From: Macrostomum lignano
Lineage: Eukaryota
Reading direction: 5' to 3'
Length of the DNA: 64,000 nt
Assembly: GCA_002269645.1 (NCBI GenBank)
Contig: NIVC01002196.1
Span: forward strand, 103,201 to 167,200
Shown here: positions 12,301 to 33,279 of the stretch, in pieces
Layout of the letters: every line of letters starts with the position of its first letter
Numbering within the stretch: the stretch's first letter is position 1
Translations under genes and position numbers: made by a program
Notes under the pieces: model-generated
The model's input: the letters and a program-made list of their open reading frames with translations, nothing else
The model's database searches: none
What the model was told of the DNA's origin: nothing

Positions 12301-13085
12301 AAATGTGGGGGGCCAGATACCATTACTGGCCTCACCATTTTAAAAAGTGGGGGTGCCATGGCCCCACTGTCCCACCCCCCTTCCTACGCCTATGATAATC
12401 AATAGAAATATAGTAACGGCTAAGTCAAATTGAAAAGCCATGAATCGGAAAGCCAGTAGTGAGAAGAAAGCCTGACCTGGTAGACAAAAGCGTATCTTGG
12501 CGGAAAAGCCACGATGTTGTCAGCCTGGCTACCTGAGACCTGAGACCCCTCGGCGCTGCCAGGCCTCTCGCCAACGCCGATGCTCAGACCGTCATCCCCG
12601 GCCGGCTTGCGCGGCCCGAAATGAAACCGCGGCCGGCGCTGCTGCCACAGCTCGAACCTGGCCATCTGGCGCTCTTTCTCGTCGGCGCTGATGCTGCCGG
12701 ACTCGTTGTGCTTCGCCTCCAGCCGGCACAGCGGCATCGATGTCGGAGCCAGTAGTTGATGCGATTCGGTTGACAAGGCCACCTCGGGCGTGTAGTTCTG
12801 ATTGCCGAGGTCCAGCAGTAGGCGGCAGTTGCTTCTGTTACTCAGGCCGCCTTTAACGTCTTCGTTGTTGACAAAGGCGGCAGCGGCCGCTGTGGCGACT
12901 GCTTCAAACGAGGATGTGGACGCTGAGCAGGCGTCATCATGATTCAGCATGTTGGCCTGTTTATTGTTGGCTAACGAGTCGGCTTGTTCATCTTTGGCTT
13001 GAAACAGGCGGAAAACCGTCCAAGGCTTGGATGACTTTAGTTGGTTGTCTTTAGTTGAGCTTCTGTTACGGCTGAAGAGTCCCAT
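9288..13085 (-). CDS. Uncharacterised 3-exon protein-coding gene (~330-340 aa), family not recognised
   Basis: Exon 1 is 13085-12477 (accaATGG, 203 codons, donor CAG|GTCAGG). Exon 2 is 10418-10077 (acceptor aaacag|GAT, 114 codons, donor GAG|GTAAAT, GC3-rich). Probable exon 3 starts at 9351 (ccgctgcag|). Junction 1-2 is phase 0 and reads ...PRYAFVYQ|DGKFVEREVNRWPK.... A minus-strand AATAAA lies at ~9080. Confidence 0.65.
9362..9820. repeat. 11-bp G-rich telomere-like minisatellite (TTAGGTTGGGA)n with TTAGGG-containing variants, ~40 units
   Basis: Read directly; degenerate at both ends. Confidence 0.9.
10077..10418 (-). CDS. Exon 2 of the uncharacterised gene (DGKFVEREV...IYQNPIYKLPRR...MIKKLKE)
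   Basis: 342 nt, open, AG/GT bounded, phase 0-0, strong GC3 codon bias. Confidence 0.8.
10836..12394. mobile_element. Non-autonomous hAT-like DNA transposon (MITE) carrying an internal 21-bp satellite
   Basis: Perfect 14-bp TIR CATAGGCGTAGGAA (10836-10849) / TTCCTACGCCTATG (12381-12394). Flanking 8-bp near-duplication ATAATCGA (10828-10835) / ATAATCAA (12395-12402); 8-bp TSDs are typical of hAT. No transposase ORF. Confidence 0.8.
11004..12218 (+). repeat. 21-bp satellite array (GGCACTCATTTTAGCGCCGCA)n, ~58 units
   Basis: Read directly; 7-aa periodicity (APQALIL) in shadow ORFs. Confidence 0.97.
12477..13085 (-). CDS. Exon 1 of the uncharacterised gene (MGLFSRNRSS...PRYAFVYQ)
   Basis: Non-repetitive open frame of 203 codons from a good Kozak ATG to a GT donor in phase 0. 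Confidence 0.65.
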
Positions 13086-13307
13086 TGGTGCCTTGGTACC
13101 GGACTCTGAGTTGTAATAAACTTCCGATGGTCTGGAATTCTATACAGCTTTACTTATGCAGTGCTTTCTGGCTTCTTAGGTTTGATGCTGAGACAACTGC
13201 ACCTGAATCAGTGCCATAGACAGCAAGACAAACTATTCAACACAGCTTAGCTTAGCTTCGTTCATGGCAAACCGCTAGTGCTAAAACGAATAATGGTTAT
13301 TGTTTAC

Positions 13308-15952
13308 GCATGGGAATGGCGCATCTGGGAATGGCACATCTGGGAATGGCGCATCTGGGAATGGCACATCTGGGAATGGCGCATCTGGGAATGGCGCATC
13401 TGGGAATGGCACATCTGGGAATGGCGCATCTGGGAATGGCGCATCTGGGAATGGCGCATCTGGGAATGGCACATCTGGGAATGGCGCATCTGGGAATGGC
13501 ACATCTGGGAATGGCGCATCTGGGAATGGCGCATCTGGGAATGGCACATCTGGGAATGGCGCATCTGGGAATGGCGCATCTGGGAATGGCACATCTGGGA
13601 ATGGCGCAACTGGGAATGGCACATCTGGGAATGGCGCATCTGGGAATGGCGCATCTGGGAATGGCGCATCTGGGAATGGCACATCTGGGAATGGCGCATC
13701 TGGGAATGGCGCATCTGGGAATGGCGCATCTGGGAATGGCGCATCTGGGAATGGCACATCTGGGAATGGCGCATCTGGGAATGGCGCATCTGGGAATGGC
13801 ACATCTGGGAATGGCGCAACTGGGAATGGCACATCTGGGAATGGCGCATCTGGGAATGGCGCATCTGGGAATGGCACATCTGGGAATGGCACATCTGGGA
13901 ATGGCGCATCTGGGAATGGCGCATCTGGGAATGGCACATCTGGGAATGGCGCAACTGGGAATGGCACATCTAGGAATGGCGCATCTGGGAATGGCGCATC
14001 TGGGAATGGCACATCTGGGAATGGCGCATCTGGGAATGGCACATCTGGGAATGGCGCATCTGGGAATGGCGCATCTGGGAATGGCGCATCTGGGAATGGC
14101 GCATCTGGGAATGGCGCATCTGGGAATGGCGCATCTGGGAATGGCGCATCTGGGAATGGCGCATCTGGGAATGGCACATCTGGGAATGGTACATCTGGGA
14201 ATGGCACATCTGGGAATGGCACATCTGGGAATGGCACATCTGGGAATGGCGCATCTGGGAATGGCGCATCTGGGAATGGCGCATCTGGGAATGGCGCATC
14301 TGGGAATGGCGCATCTGGGAATGGCACATCTGGGAATGGCACATCTGGGAATGGCGCATCTGGGAATGGCACATCTGGGAATGGCGCATCTGGGAATGGC
14401 ACATCTGGGAATGGCACATCTGGGAATGGCACATCTCTGGGAATGGCGCATCTCTGGGAATGACACATCTGGGAATGGCGCATCTGGGAATGGCACATCT
14501 GGGAATGGCACATCTGGGAATGGCGCATCTGGGAATGGCGCATCTGGGAATGGCGCATCTGGGAATGGCGCATCTGGGAATGGCGCATCTGGGAATGGCG
14601 CATCTGGGAATGGCGCATCTGGGAATGGCGCATCTGGGAATGGCGCATCTGGGAATGGCACATCTGGGAATGGCGCATCTGGGAATGGCGCATCTGGGAA
14701 TGGCGCATCTGGGAATGGCGCATCTGGGAATGGCGCATCTGGGAATGGCGCATCTGGGAATGGCGCATCTGGGAATGGCACATCTGGGAATGGCGCATCT
14801 GGGAATGGCGCATCTGGGAATGGCGCAACTGGGAATGGCGCATCTGGGAATGGCGCATCTGGGAATGGCACATCTGGGAATGGTACATCTGGGAATGGCA
14901 CATCTGGGAATGGCACATCTGGGAATGGCACATCTGGGAATGGCACATCTGGGAATGGCGCATCTGGGAATGGCGCATCTGGGAATGGCGCAACTGGGAA
15001 TGGCGCATCTGGGAATGGCGCATCTGGGAATGGCACATCTGGGAATGGTACATCTGGGAATGGCACATCTGGGAATGGCACATCTGGGAATGGCACATCT
15101 GGGAATGGCGCATCTGGGAATGGCACATCTGGGAATGGCACATCTGGGAATGGCACATCTCTGGGAATGGCGCATCTCTGGGAATGACACATCTGGGAAT
15201 GGCGCATCTGGGAATGGCACATCTGGGAATGGCGCATCTCTGGGAATGGCACATCTGGGAATGGCGCATCTGGGAATGGCACATCTGGGAATGGCACATC
15301 TGGGAATGGCACATCTGGGAATGGCACATCTGGGAATGGCACATCTGGGAATGGCACATCTCTGGGAATGGCGCATCTCTGGGAATGGCACATCTGGGAA
15401 TGGCACATCTCTGGGAATGGCACATCTCTGGGAATGGCGCATCTCTGGGAATGGCGCATCTGGGAATGGCGCATCTCTGGGAATGGCGCATCTCTGGGAA
15501 TGGCGCATCTCTGGGAATGGCGCATCTCTGGGAATGGCGCATCTCTGGGAATGGCGCACCTGGGAATGGCGCACCTGGGAATGGCGCATCTCTGGGAATG
15601 GCGCATCTCTGGGAATGGCGCACCTGGGAATGGCGCACCTGGGAATGGCGCACCTGGGAATGGCGCACCTGGGAATGGCACATCTGGGAATGGCGCACCT
15701 GGGAATGGCACATCTGGGAATGGCACATCTGGGAATGGCACATCTGGGAATGGCGCATCTCTGGGAATGGCGCATCTGATAATGGCGCACCTGGGAATGG
15801 CACATCTGGGAATGGCACATCTGGGAATGGCGCACCTGGGAATGGCACATCTGGGAATGGCACATCTGGGAATGGCACATCTGGGAATGGCACATCTGGG
15901 AATGGCGCATCTCTGGGAATGGCGCATCTGATAATGGCGCACCTGGGAATGG
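13308..15952. repeat. 15-bp satellite (GGGAATGGCGCATCT)n with 17-bp CT-insertion variants, ~2.6 kb, ~170 units
   Basis: Read directly. The unit has no stop codon in any frame, which explains the 200-880 aa shadow ORFs. Confidence 0.97.
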
Positions 15953-16953
15953 CTCAACTACAGATGGTGCAATTGAATGGAAAATAAGCAAAAAATTGAT
16001 GTGTTAGTTATTAAGGGCTTAGATAGCAAATACACGTAGCTATTGAGAATCAACGAATCCGAGGCTTACTGACCGTGCTCCGAGCTGCGCACACTCGTAG
16101 ATTAAGCCTCAGCTAAAAGTTTTCACAAGTCATTGATTAGTGGAAGATGAGCTCAGCCAGTCTTCCCAGCCGGCTATCCGCCATCGGAAGCTTTCTCGTG
16201 GCTGAAGCCTAGGAAGTCTAAGAGATATCCTTTACTTCGGATTGCCTCCTTGTGACGGAATGGGGAGCGGTACTTCGCTTGAACGATCCAGAGTGGACGA
16301 GGGTCACTGCTTCCCGCCTTCTTCGTCTCCTTGTTCTACTGCTCCTCTTCTCCCCGTCATCCCATTTTCCTGTCTCTAGCCAATGCGCCCGGATAGTAAT
16401 CACTTAAAGGTAGCGCAGTGCATCAATCAGCTCTGACATCTCTTTTGCCGTTCCGCCCAAGCCTCCCGCGGTCCAGTGAGCACGGCACTCAAATCTTGGC
16501 GGAGGCAAAAGTCGAACAAAGAAACTGGAGGAGGAAAAAGAATGGGAGGGGGGTTGGGGCCGAGACAGGAACTTATTGGCTGTATCGGATTTTTGCTCAA
16601 CTGTAATGGCAAGTTGAGCTGCACTGGGGTGACAGGCGGTGAGGTTCTATTACCGTCTTTCCCACGTACTGATTAGAGTGCTACGTCAGCCTTTTACCTG
16701 TTGTGGAAATCAGGCTCCGTATGTTGAAACCCGGACTGGGATATACTGATACGCATACATGGACATCAAATCAGTCAAGGCAAGAGTCGATGTGGTTACG
16801 CCTGTTCCTCTGGTCACTGAGCACTAACAACCTCAAACAGGGTGCACACAAGGACTACTAAAGCGAATAATGCTGTCTTATCTCAGGCAGCAAGAAAGAG
16901 AGACAGAGGGGGAATTAGAATCAAGGACTACTAAAGACTACTACGAAGTTAGA

Positions 16954-17616
16954 AGGATGCAACACTCGATCTCCATGGAAAATGTTTTGAAGGCCACTTT
17001 TCGCCCAAAAAATACACTACGGAGATAGGAGGTTTTCATTTTTGCAGCACAAAAGTTGTTATTGCTTTCGATTGGAAGCAGACTCAATGTTCATCTTTTG
17101 ATATGTTGTGCCTTTCTCATAGCTCTATCGATATTCATAAAGCTTTTTGTTCAGAAAATTAGGATTCTTTGTCAATTTTTTATCACATGTACAATTGCAC
17201 ATGTCCTGTGCCTAAAAACCATTAAAATGGCACGGCTCAGCTCATTGGTTTTATGAATCTATTTCGTCATTCTTAGCTGACTGTGTAACAATATGTGTAA
17301 CAGAGATGATAAAAAAGATTCATAAAACCAATGAGTCGAGCTGTGCCATGCATTTTAATGATTTTTAAGTACAGGAAATGTATGTAGGATAAAAAATTAA
17401 CATAGAATCCTAATTTTCCCAACAAAAAGCTTTATGAATATCGATAGAGCTATGAGAAAGGCACAACACATCAAAAGATGAACATTGGATCTGCCTCCTA
17501 TCGAAAGCAATAACAATTTTTGTGCTGCAAAAATGAAAACTTCCTACCTCCGTAGTGTATTTTTGGGCGAAAAGTGGCCTACAAAACTTTTCCATGAAAC
17601 GTGAGTGTCGCGTCCT
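16954..17616. mobile_element. Foldback-type non-autonomous DNA element with ~310-bp inverted arms and ~50-bp spacer
   Basis: 16954-17268 is the reverse complement of ~17315-17616 (e.g. AAAATACACTACGGAGATAGG / CCTACCTCCGTAGTGTATTTT; GCTCTATCGATATTCATAAAGC / GCTTTATGAATATCGATAGAGC). No clear TSD. Confidence 0.85.
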
Positions 17617-17789
17617 GTATCTACATTTTTTTATTAGAGGCAGGGGGTTGTGTGCACCCTGGCGCACTTTAAGCGACATAGGCACACAACCGGCGAGAGG
17701 CATTATTGCCCATTCCGCCGACTCCCCTGAGCAGGCATACAAGCGCGCGGATACGTACGCACGCACACACTCACACAGGAGTGTAACGC

Positions 17790-17978
17790 GGCCCTAACTT
17801 TATTTTATCGTTAGGCATGTACATTTCACTGCGCCTTGGGGCTTGGCTCTCAAGGCCGTTAATTGCACGAGCAGAGCCGAGATTCCAATTCAGCCCCAAA
17901 TTAATGTGACTGCACTTGGAATCGAGCCTGGGTCGCTGGCACACCAGAGCAGCTGCGCTACCGCTGGGCTACGGCCCC
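17790..17978 (-). mobile_element. tRNA-derived SINE (with a second degenerate copy at ~18065-18190)
   Basis: The minus strand begins GGGGCCGTAGCCCAGCGGTAGCGC, with A box TAGCCCAGCGG and B-box-like GGCTCGATTCC, followed by a non-tRNA body and an AATAAA-containing tail. The adjacent copy shares GCACGA...CCCAAATTAAT...GATCGA. Confidence 0.65.
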
Positions 17979-19214
17979 CTGTATCTACGTTGCTTTAGTT
18001 GTCCTTGGATGCACAGCGGCCCTGGCTTTTTAATTGTCAGACATGTAGACACATTGTGCACCAAGTGTTGGCCTTCATGGGCGTGAATCGCACGACAAAC
18101 CGGTGCCAATTTTTGTGCACGAGGCCCAAATTAATCTGGCCCGGCACGGGATCGATTGACGCGAGAGCTACCCTGCGTCTACACTTCAGCTGCGGCCATG
18201 ACTCATTCTTTATGGCTCATTCATTTCGCAAAAATGAGTGGCGGCCTTGATCTAAGCAGCAGTGCATAGTGCACTACTGGCGCAATCGCATTGACAAAAT
18301 TTTGTCCCACCCTGAACTTGGAAAAGCGTAAAAGCACTTTTACTTTCGTTGAAAGTTACAAAGGTCAGTCATGCTGACGATGAAACAGAAAGCAACCGTA
18401 TAGTGGTTGCACTTGCCATTTCGATGCCTCACAAATGCGCAGCTCAGTGGTCTGACCCTTAAAAGACCACATTATTTTGACCAGCCCGCAATGCATAGGT
18501 AGTGTTAGTGTAACCTAAGGTAGTGTAGGTTGCTCAAAAGGGGGTAGAATTGCCTCAGACAGCGCTGGTTTTGGGACGACTTCGCCAAAGTCATTGCGTC
18601 AGAGGGAGCCTACAGCCCTCCTGCAAATGAGGATTGTTGGCACTCTAATAAAATGTCCAAAAGACATTCTTAGGTCCGAATTTTTCTGCACATTCAGCTT
18701 TTCGAAAGCAAGTATTTTACCACTGAAGCTGCTGAGTTACATCAATTATGATTATTATTATTAGTCGATGAAAATATTTATTCCTGGCGCTGAGTCCAAA
18801 TAGTTTTACAGTGCCCAGTCGAAATTGAGCGCCGGAAATGTCGGAAGCGTTGAATTTGTTTGTGCAAATATAAAAAAAAACGGAGAAGCTTAAACTTTTC
18901 CTGTGTTTGATAGCAGTTCGCAGCCCTTGAAGAGATCTTCTGACACCTTGTCGATATTGGCAGTGCGGTGTCGCGCTTCGGCCAGCTGAAACTGGAGTCT
19001 CAGTCCAAGAAAAAAAGAAATTTGTCCGGCTCGGTGACAGCCGGAGTTGACGTGGGGATCAATACCTATAGCTTGCATGTAGTTTCTGCTTCCGAGAAGA
19101 GAATGCCCACAAGCTGCATAGCTGTCTGAAATTTTGGACACATGCATCTGGGCATCCAGTTTTATTCGCTGTATTCCATATACTAAAAATGATTTGTCGG
19201 TATATATTCGTATC

Positions 19215-19330
19215 TGTCTGTCGGTATGTGTCTATGTCTGTCGGTATGTGTCTATGTCTGTCGGTATGTGTCTATGTCTGTCGGTATGTGTCTATGTCTG
19301 TCGGTATGTGTCTATGTATGTCGGTATGTG
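19215..19330. repeat. 20-bp tandem repeat (TCGGTATGTGTCTATGTCTG), ~5.5 copies, upstream of mGluR
   Basis: Read directly. Confidence 0.9.
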
Positions 19331-19600
19331 ATCGGCTGGTTGAGATTGGCCTGGATTTGCTTTTGCTATGGTAACTGCGCCATTCTGTCTTCTGGTGCGC
19401 GTCTTTCTGCGCTGGATTGGGCAGGACTCCCACCAATGGAGACCAAGCTGGGCTCCCATTCAATATATCATCCCAATTCTCTTCCCATGGGGCTAAAAAT
19501 TCCGATAGAAGCAAGAGAAAACGCAGAAACGAAGTGAAGAACAGCTCCCTTGGCATAGTTACTGCTCACAAACATCGGCACAGCTCAGTGTGCTTTGGAC

Positions 19601-29282
<9,682 letters not shown>

Positions 29283-29414
29283 GATTTGAGTCTAGTATTG
29301 AGCAGCATGGGCATTAGCTGCAGTCATTTAATTGAAAAAATCACATGTATTGTCGATATGCTAGCTACCAAGTTGCTCTAATCTGACTGTACCACAGATA
29401 CTATGGAATAACTA

Positions 29415-29779
29415 TAGATGGGCCACTCAGCACATTTGCGTGTAAGCTACTTTCAGTTCAGTAGTAATTTTAACAGAAGCATCTTAATGTATTTTTAAAG
29501 CCAAGTCTCATTAATTGGCTCTTACTCCCACCAATTTTATTGCCTTTTTCGGAGTTCCAGCCTAAGGCTACCATGTACATTCCAGTGGATTGGCTAATGT
29601 ACATTATTGCTGAATCAATTAGCAAGCTGTTTACGCCTGCAAGCTTGGGCTTCTAAACTTATCAGGGTCATTTCAGCTGCCTTTTTATTCTTATAAAATA
29701 GCTTATGCATTCTTCTTTGCTACTGAACTGAAAGTAGAAAGCTGTTTTACTAAGTATATATGCCTGAGTGGCCCATCTA
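29415..29779. mobile_element. MITE with (TA)GATGGGCCACTCAG termini
   Basis: TAGATGGGCCACTCAG (29415) / CTGAGTGGCCCATCTA (to 29779), plus an inner inverted block GCTACTTTCAGTTCAGTAG / CTACTGAACTGAAAGTAG. Superfamily unclear. Confidence 0.75.
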
Positions 29780-30944
29780 GCTATTTTAGTATCTGTGACT
29801 GTCAGATTAGGGAATTAATTCATATCATAAACTCGTTAGGCCGATAAAATTTCATGTGGTCATTTCATCACGTTCTACTCAGACAGGATCTACAAAGAAG
29901 GTCGTTTATTATTATGTTTATTTCTTAAATTTAACTTTAATTGCTTTCTCTTTAATAGAAAGATCCAATTCATTCCAGAGACCTGACTTTGAGACGTTTA
30001 TGCATAATTTTACGCATGCCCTCGTTCTGATTGATTGTTGACTCATAAATTTCTGAATTCATAAATAAATATGATAAACTATTGTATGCGTTGTCCCGAA
30101 ATGTAAACAGCTACAGCTATGTTATTGTGTTTTTATGTCTTATTAATTATATGTGCTAAATCTGTTTAACTACAGCGATTTGGTATTTTCATCACAGTAC
30201 ATTAAATATCGTATAATGTACTCTCGCTAATGTCATTTTTCTTTTAAATCAGAGAGCACAAAAAATTCGTATCAGTATTGCACTGAAAATAACTTTATTT
30301 AAACTATTTCCTTCAGTTGTTTTTATTGCTGTAGCTTTTTTGTAAATAGAAAGATTAGTGTCTCTGTGATTCTTTATAAATTTCTGTGTGCAAGATGTTG
30401 TAAAAATATTTTATAACGATATAATTTCTTTTCTGCGACGATATTTTAATAAATATACTTCTAACTAAAAGCAAGCAGGTTTCAATCGATATAACACAAG
30501 GACCACTGTATATAGCTATATTTTGTTTAAATTCCAAATTCTCCGGTGTTGCGTTATTATAAACGCGAACATATTTTTCCGCGCTATTTAATTTTAGTTC
30601 GCATTTCTCGGCTGCAGTTTTTTGTACCTCTCTCTCCCTTTCTGCTGGTGGCGATGAATTAGCTTTTGACATTTTTAATATCCGTTGGTCAAGAAACAAA
30701 TATTTCAGATGACCATCACAAGAGAACATTCCGATACCGCATCGGAACCCCAAAAGGTAAGATTGGCTTTTTCTTACTTTAAATTTCTAGGTGTTTCAAC
30801 TATCATAACTAAATCTTCCGTAAAAAGCTATCGTTATTTATTGATAATATTCTATTTATTACCTTAATTCAAGGGTCAACAACCTTTTTTTACCTTAAGA
30901 GCCAGGTAAAGAACCCATGCAGCTAATGATTGCGGACCAGACCG

Positions 30945-31235
30945 TGGAGAGGAGAGTGAATAGAGAGGAGAAGAACAGGAAAGAGGACATGAGAGAAGAG
31001 AGATGAGAGGAAAAGCAAGAGATGAGATGAGAGAAGAGATGAGATGAGATATAGGATGATAGAAGATATGAGAGAGGAAAGAAGAGAGAGGAGAAGAGAA
31101 GAGTTATATGATGAGAGATGAAAGGAGAGAAGAGATGAGAGAGGAGAGGAGAGAGAATGGGGAGAGACGATCAAGAGAGAGAGAGAGATTAGAAAAAAGA
31201 GGGGAGAAAGGATCTAAAAGAGTTGAGAAGAGACC
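30945..31235. repeat. Low-complexity GA-rich purine tract
   Basis: Nearly pure A/G with GAGAT/GAGAA motifs. Confidence 0.85.
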
Positions 31236-31239
31236 TTGA

Positions 31240-32264
31240 AAGGACGGGTTTACTATTTTGAAGTTTCAAAGGGCCCTAGGGCCGAATAGAGATGAAATTT
31301 TTTCATTAAAAAATCATTATAGAGCGGCAACCATCCTTTTCCAAGCGGAAATTCCAACTTGAGTGGGTTGCCATCATAAACCCGAAATATCACAAAACCC
31401 GATATATCACAAAACCCGAAATTTCACAAAACCCAAAATATCACAAACCTGAAACATCACAAACCCGAAATATCACAAAACCCGAAATATCACAAAACCC
31501 GAAATTTCACAAAACCCGAAATATCACAAACCTGAAATATCACAAACCTGAAATATCACAAAACCCGAAATATCACAAAACCCGAAATATCACAAACCCG
31601 AAATATCACAAAACCCGATATATCACAAAACCCGAAATTTCACAAAACCCGAAATATCACAAACCCGAAATATCACAAACCCGAAATATCACAAAACCCG
31701 AAATATCACAAAACCCGAAATTTCACAAAACCCGAAATATCACAAACCTGAAATATCACAAACCTGAAATATCACAAAACCCGAAATATCACAAAACCCG
31801 AAATATCACAAACCCGAAATATCACAAAACCCGAAATTTCACAAAACCCGAAATATCACAAACCCGAAATATCACAAAACCCGAAATATCACAAAACCCG
31901 AAATATCACAAACCCGAAATATCACAAAACCCGAAATTTCACAAAACCCGAAATATCACAAACCCGAAATATCACAAACCCGAAATATCACAAACCCGAA
32001 ATATCACAAACCCGAAATATCACAAACCCGAAATATCACAAATCCGAAATATCATTACCCCGAAAACCAAAATAGCGTTAGGCGTTGCCAGCACTTTCGG
32101 GTTTATGAAAATGGCAAGACATATCAAGGTTGAACATTGGGTCTGTCTTCAATCAAAAGCAAAAACAATTTTATGCTGAAAAAATAAAAAATATTCTCGT
32201 TTTTTTCGAAAAAAAACGAAAATTTTTTTCCAAGAAACGGCTTCCCGTCCTTCTACTTGAGTAG
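31240..32264. mobile_element. Foldback-family-related element enclosing a 16/17-bp satellite
   Basis: AAGGACGGG (31240-31248) / CCCGTCCTT (32244-32252). 32110-32264 aligns to the foldback arm (TGAACATTGGGTCTG...TCAAAAGCA...CCCGTCCTTCTACTTGAGTAG). Confidence 0.55.
31378..32055. repeat. 16/17-bp satellite (CCCGAAATATCACAAA[A])n, ~41 units
   Basis: Read directly. Confidence 0.95.
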
Positions 32265-33279
32265 ACCTTGGTAAGAAATCCCTAGGATAGTCTATAAAAC
32301 AGACCCTAAAGTGTATTCGAAAAATAATTTCGAAAATTTGGCGACTCAAAAAAATAAACTTTGCGCTTAAAGTTTTCTAGAAAATTCCTGTATAAACAAT
32401 TAATAGCAGCATACTAACTACAAGTATTCCTAACTTTAAATACCGCAGACATCAATGCAAACATTTGCCCTGTGCTGACCCAACGCACTTCCCATGCAGT
32501 TTATGCTGTCTTAGCTATCAAATGCCCTGAGGCCAGTGTACGAATATAGCAATATGAGCAGCATGAGCTCACCGCCCCGTCTGGCTTCCAATTCTCAAGC
32601 AACAAGCAACAATTCTCTCCCATACTGTCGTCGAGTTTCCTAAAGACCTGGGCTAGCATAAAAAACTTGGGCTGCATCACACGCCGCCACTGTATTCCAG
32701 CCTCAAAGTGTAGGCGAACAACACCATGAGTAATCTGAAGGGTTCGACTGTTGCAGGCAAGCAGGGTAAAATACAGCTGTCTGAGCATCTCTGCCTCCTG
32801 GCGCCAGCATGCAAACTCTCACGCTCTCTCTCCGCCACTCAGCCTCGGGGACAGAGTTACTAACCGCCTTAGGGTGATGCAGATATTTAGAACCCCCTAG
32901 CAGCTCTTCCAGAACAATGAAAAATGCTCGTAGAATTATACAGTTCAAGTCTTAGCCCAATATGGCGTTGTGAAGCTGCGTACAAGACCCTATGAAACTA
33001 ATTAATATCCATGCAGTGGACACGCAAGTAAGAGAACAATGGCGGCCCGCCCCAAGACTCCGGCTGGACGGTTCTATTAATATTTCCGACGAAAAAACCG
33101 AATGTGTTGCTTAAAAAAGGACAACTTCAAGGTGCAAGTAGAATAGATAGCTAGTTTTTCCTCAAAGAAGCAATGCCGTAAATGCATGCGCTGGACAGAC
33201 TACTCACTGAGTAGACAGTTTATTATCAATTAAAGACTGTTCCTATAAAACTGCATACTTCTGATTGCTGTTTGGTCCA

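Noticed and set aside
11095-12301. 393-394 aa ORFs (APQALIL / GAKMSAC), and the same at 33243-34569
   Set aside because: Translations of the 21-bp satellite inside a non-coding MITE.
13278-15991. Very long ORFs (up to 886 aa) resembling silk, antifreeze or ice-nucleation repeats (GNGAS, PFPDA, CAIPR)
   Set aside because: They arise in all six frames from a stop-free 15-bp unit; no splice signals or unique domains are attached.
17900-17978. Functional tRNA gene
   Set aside because: The B box is imperfect, I could not fold an acceptor stem, and it continues into a repeated non-tRNA body; treated as a SINE head.
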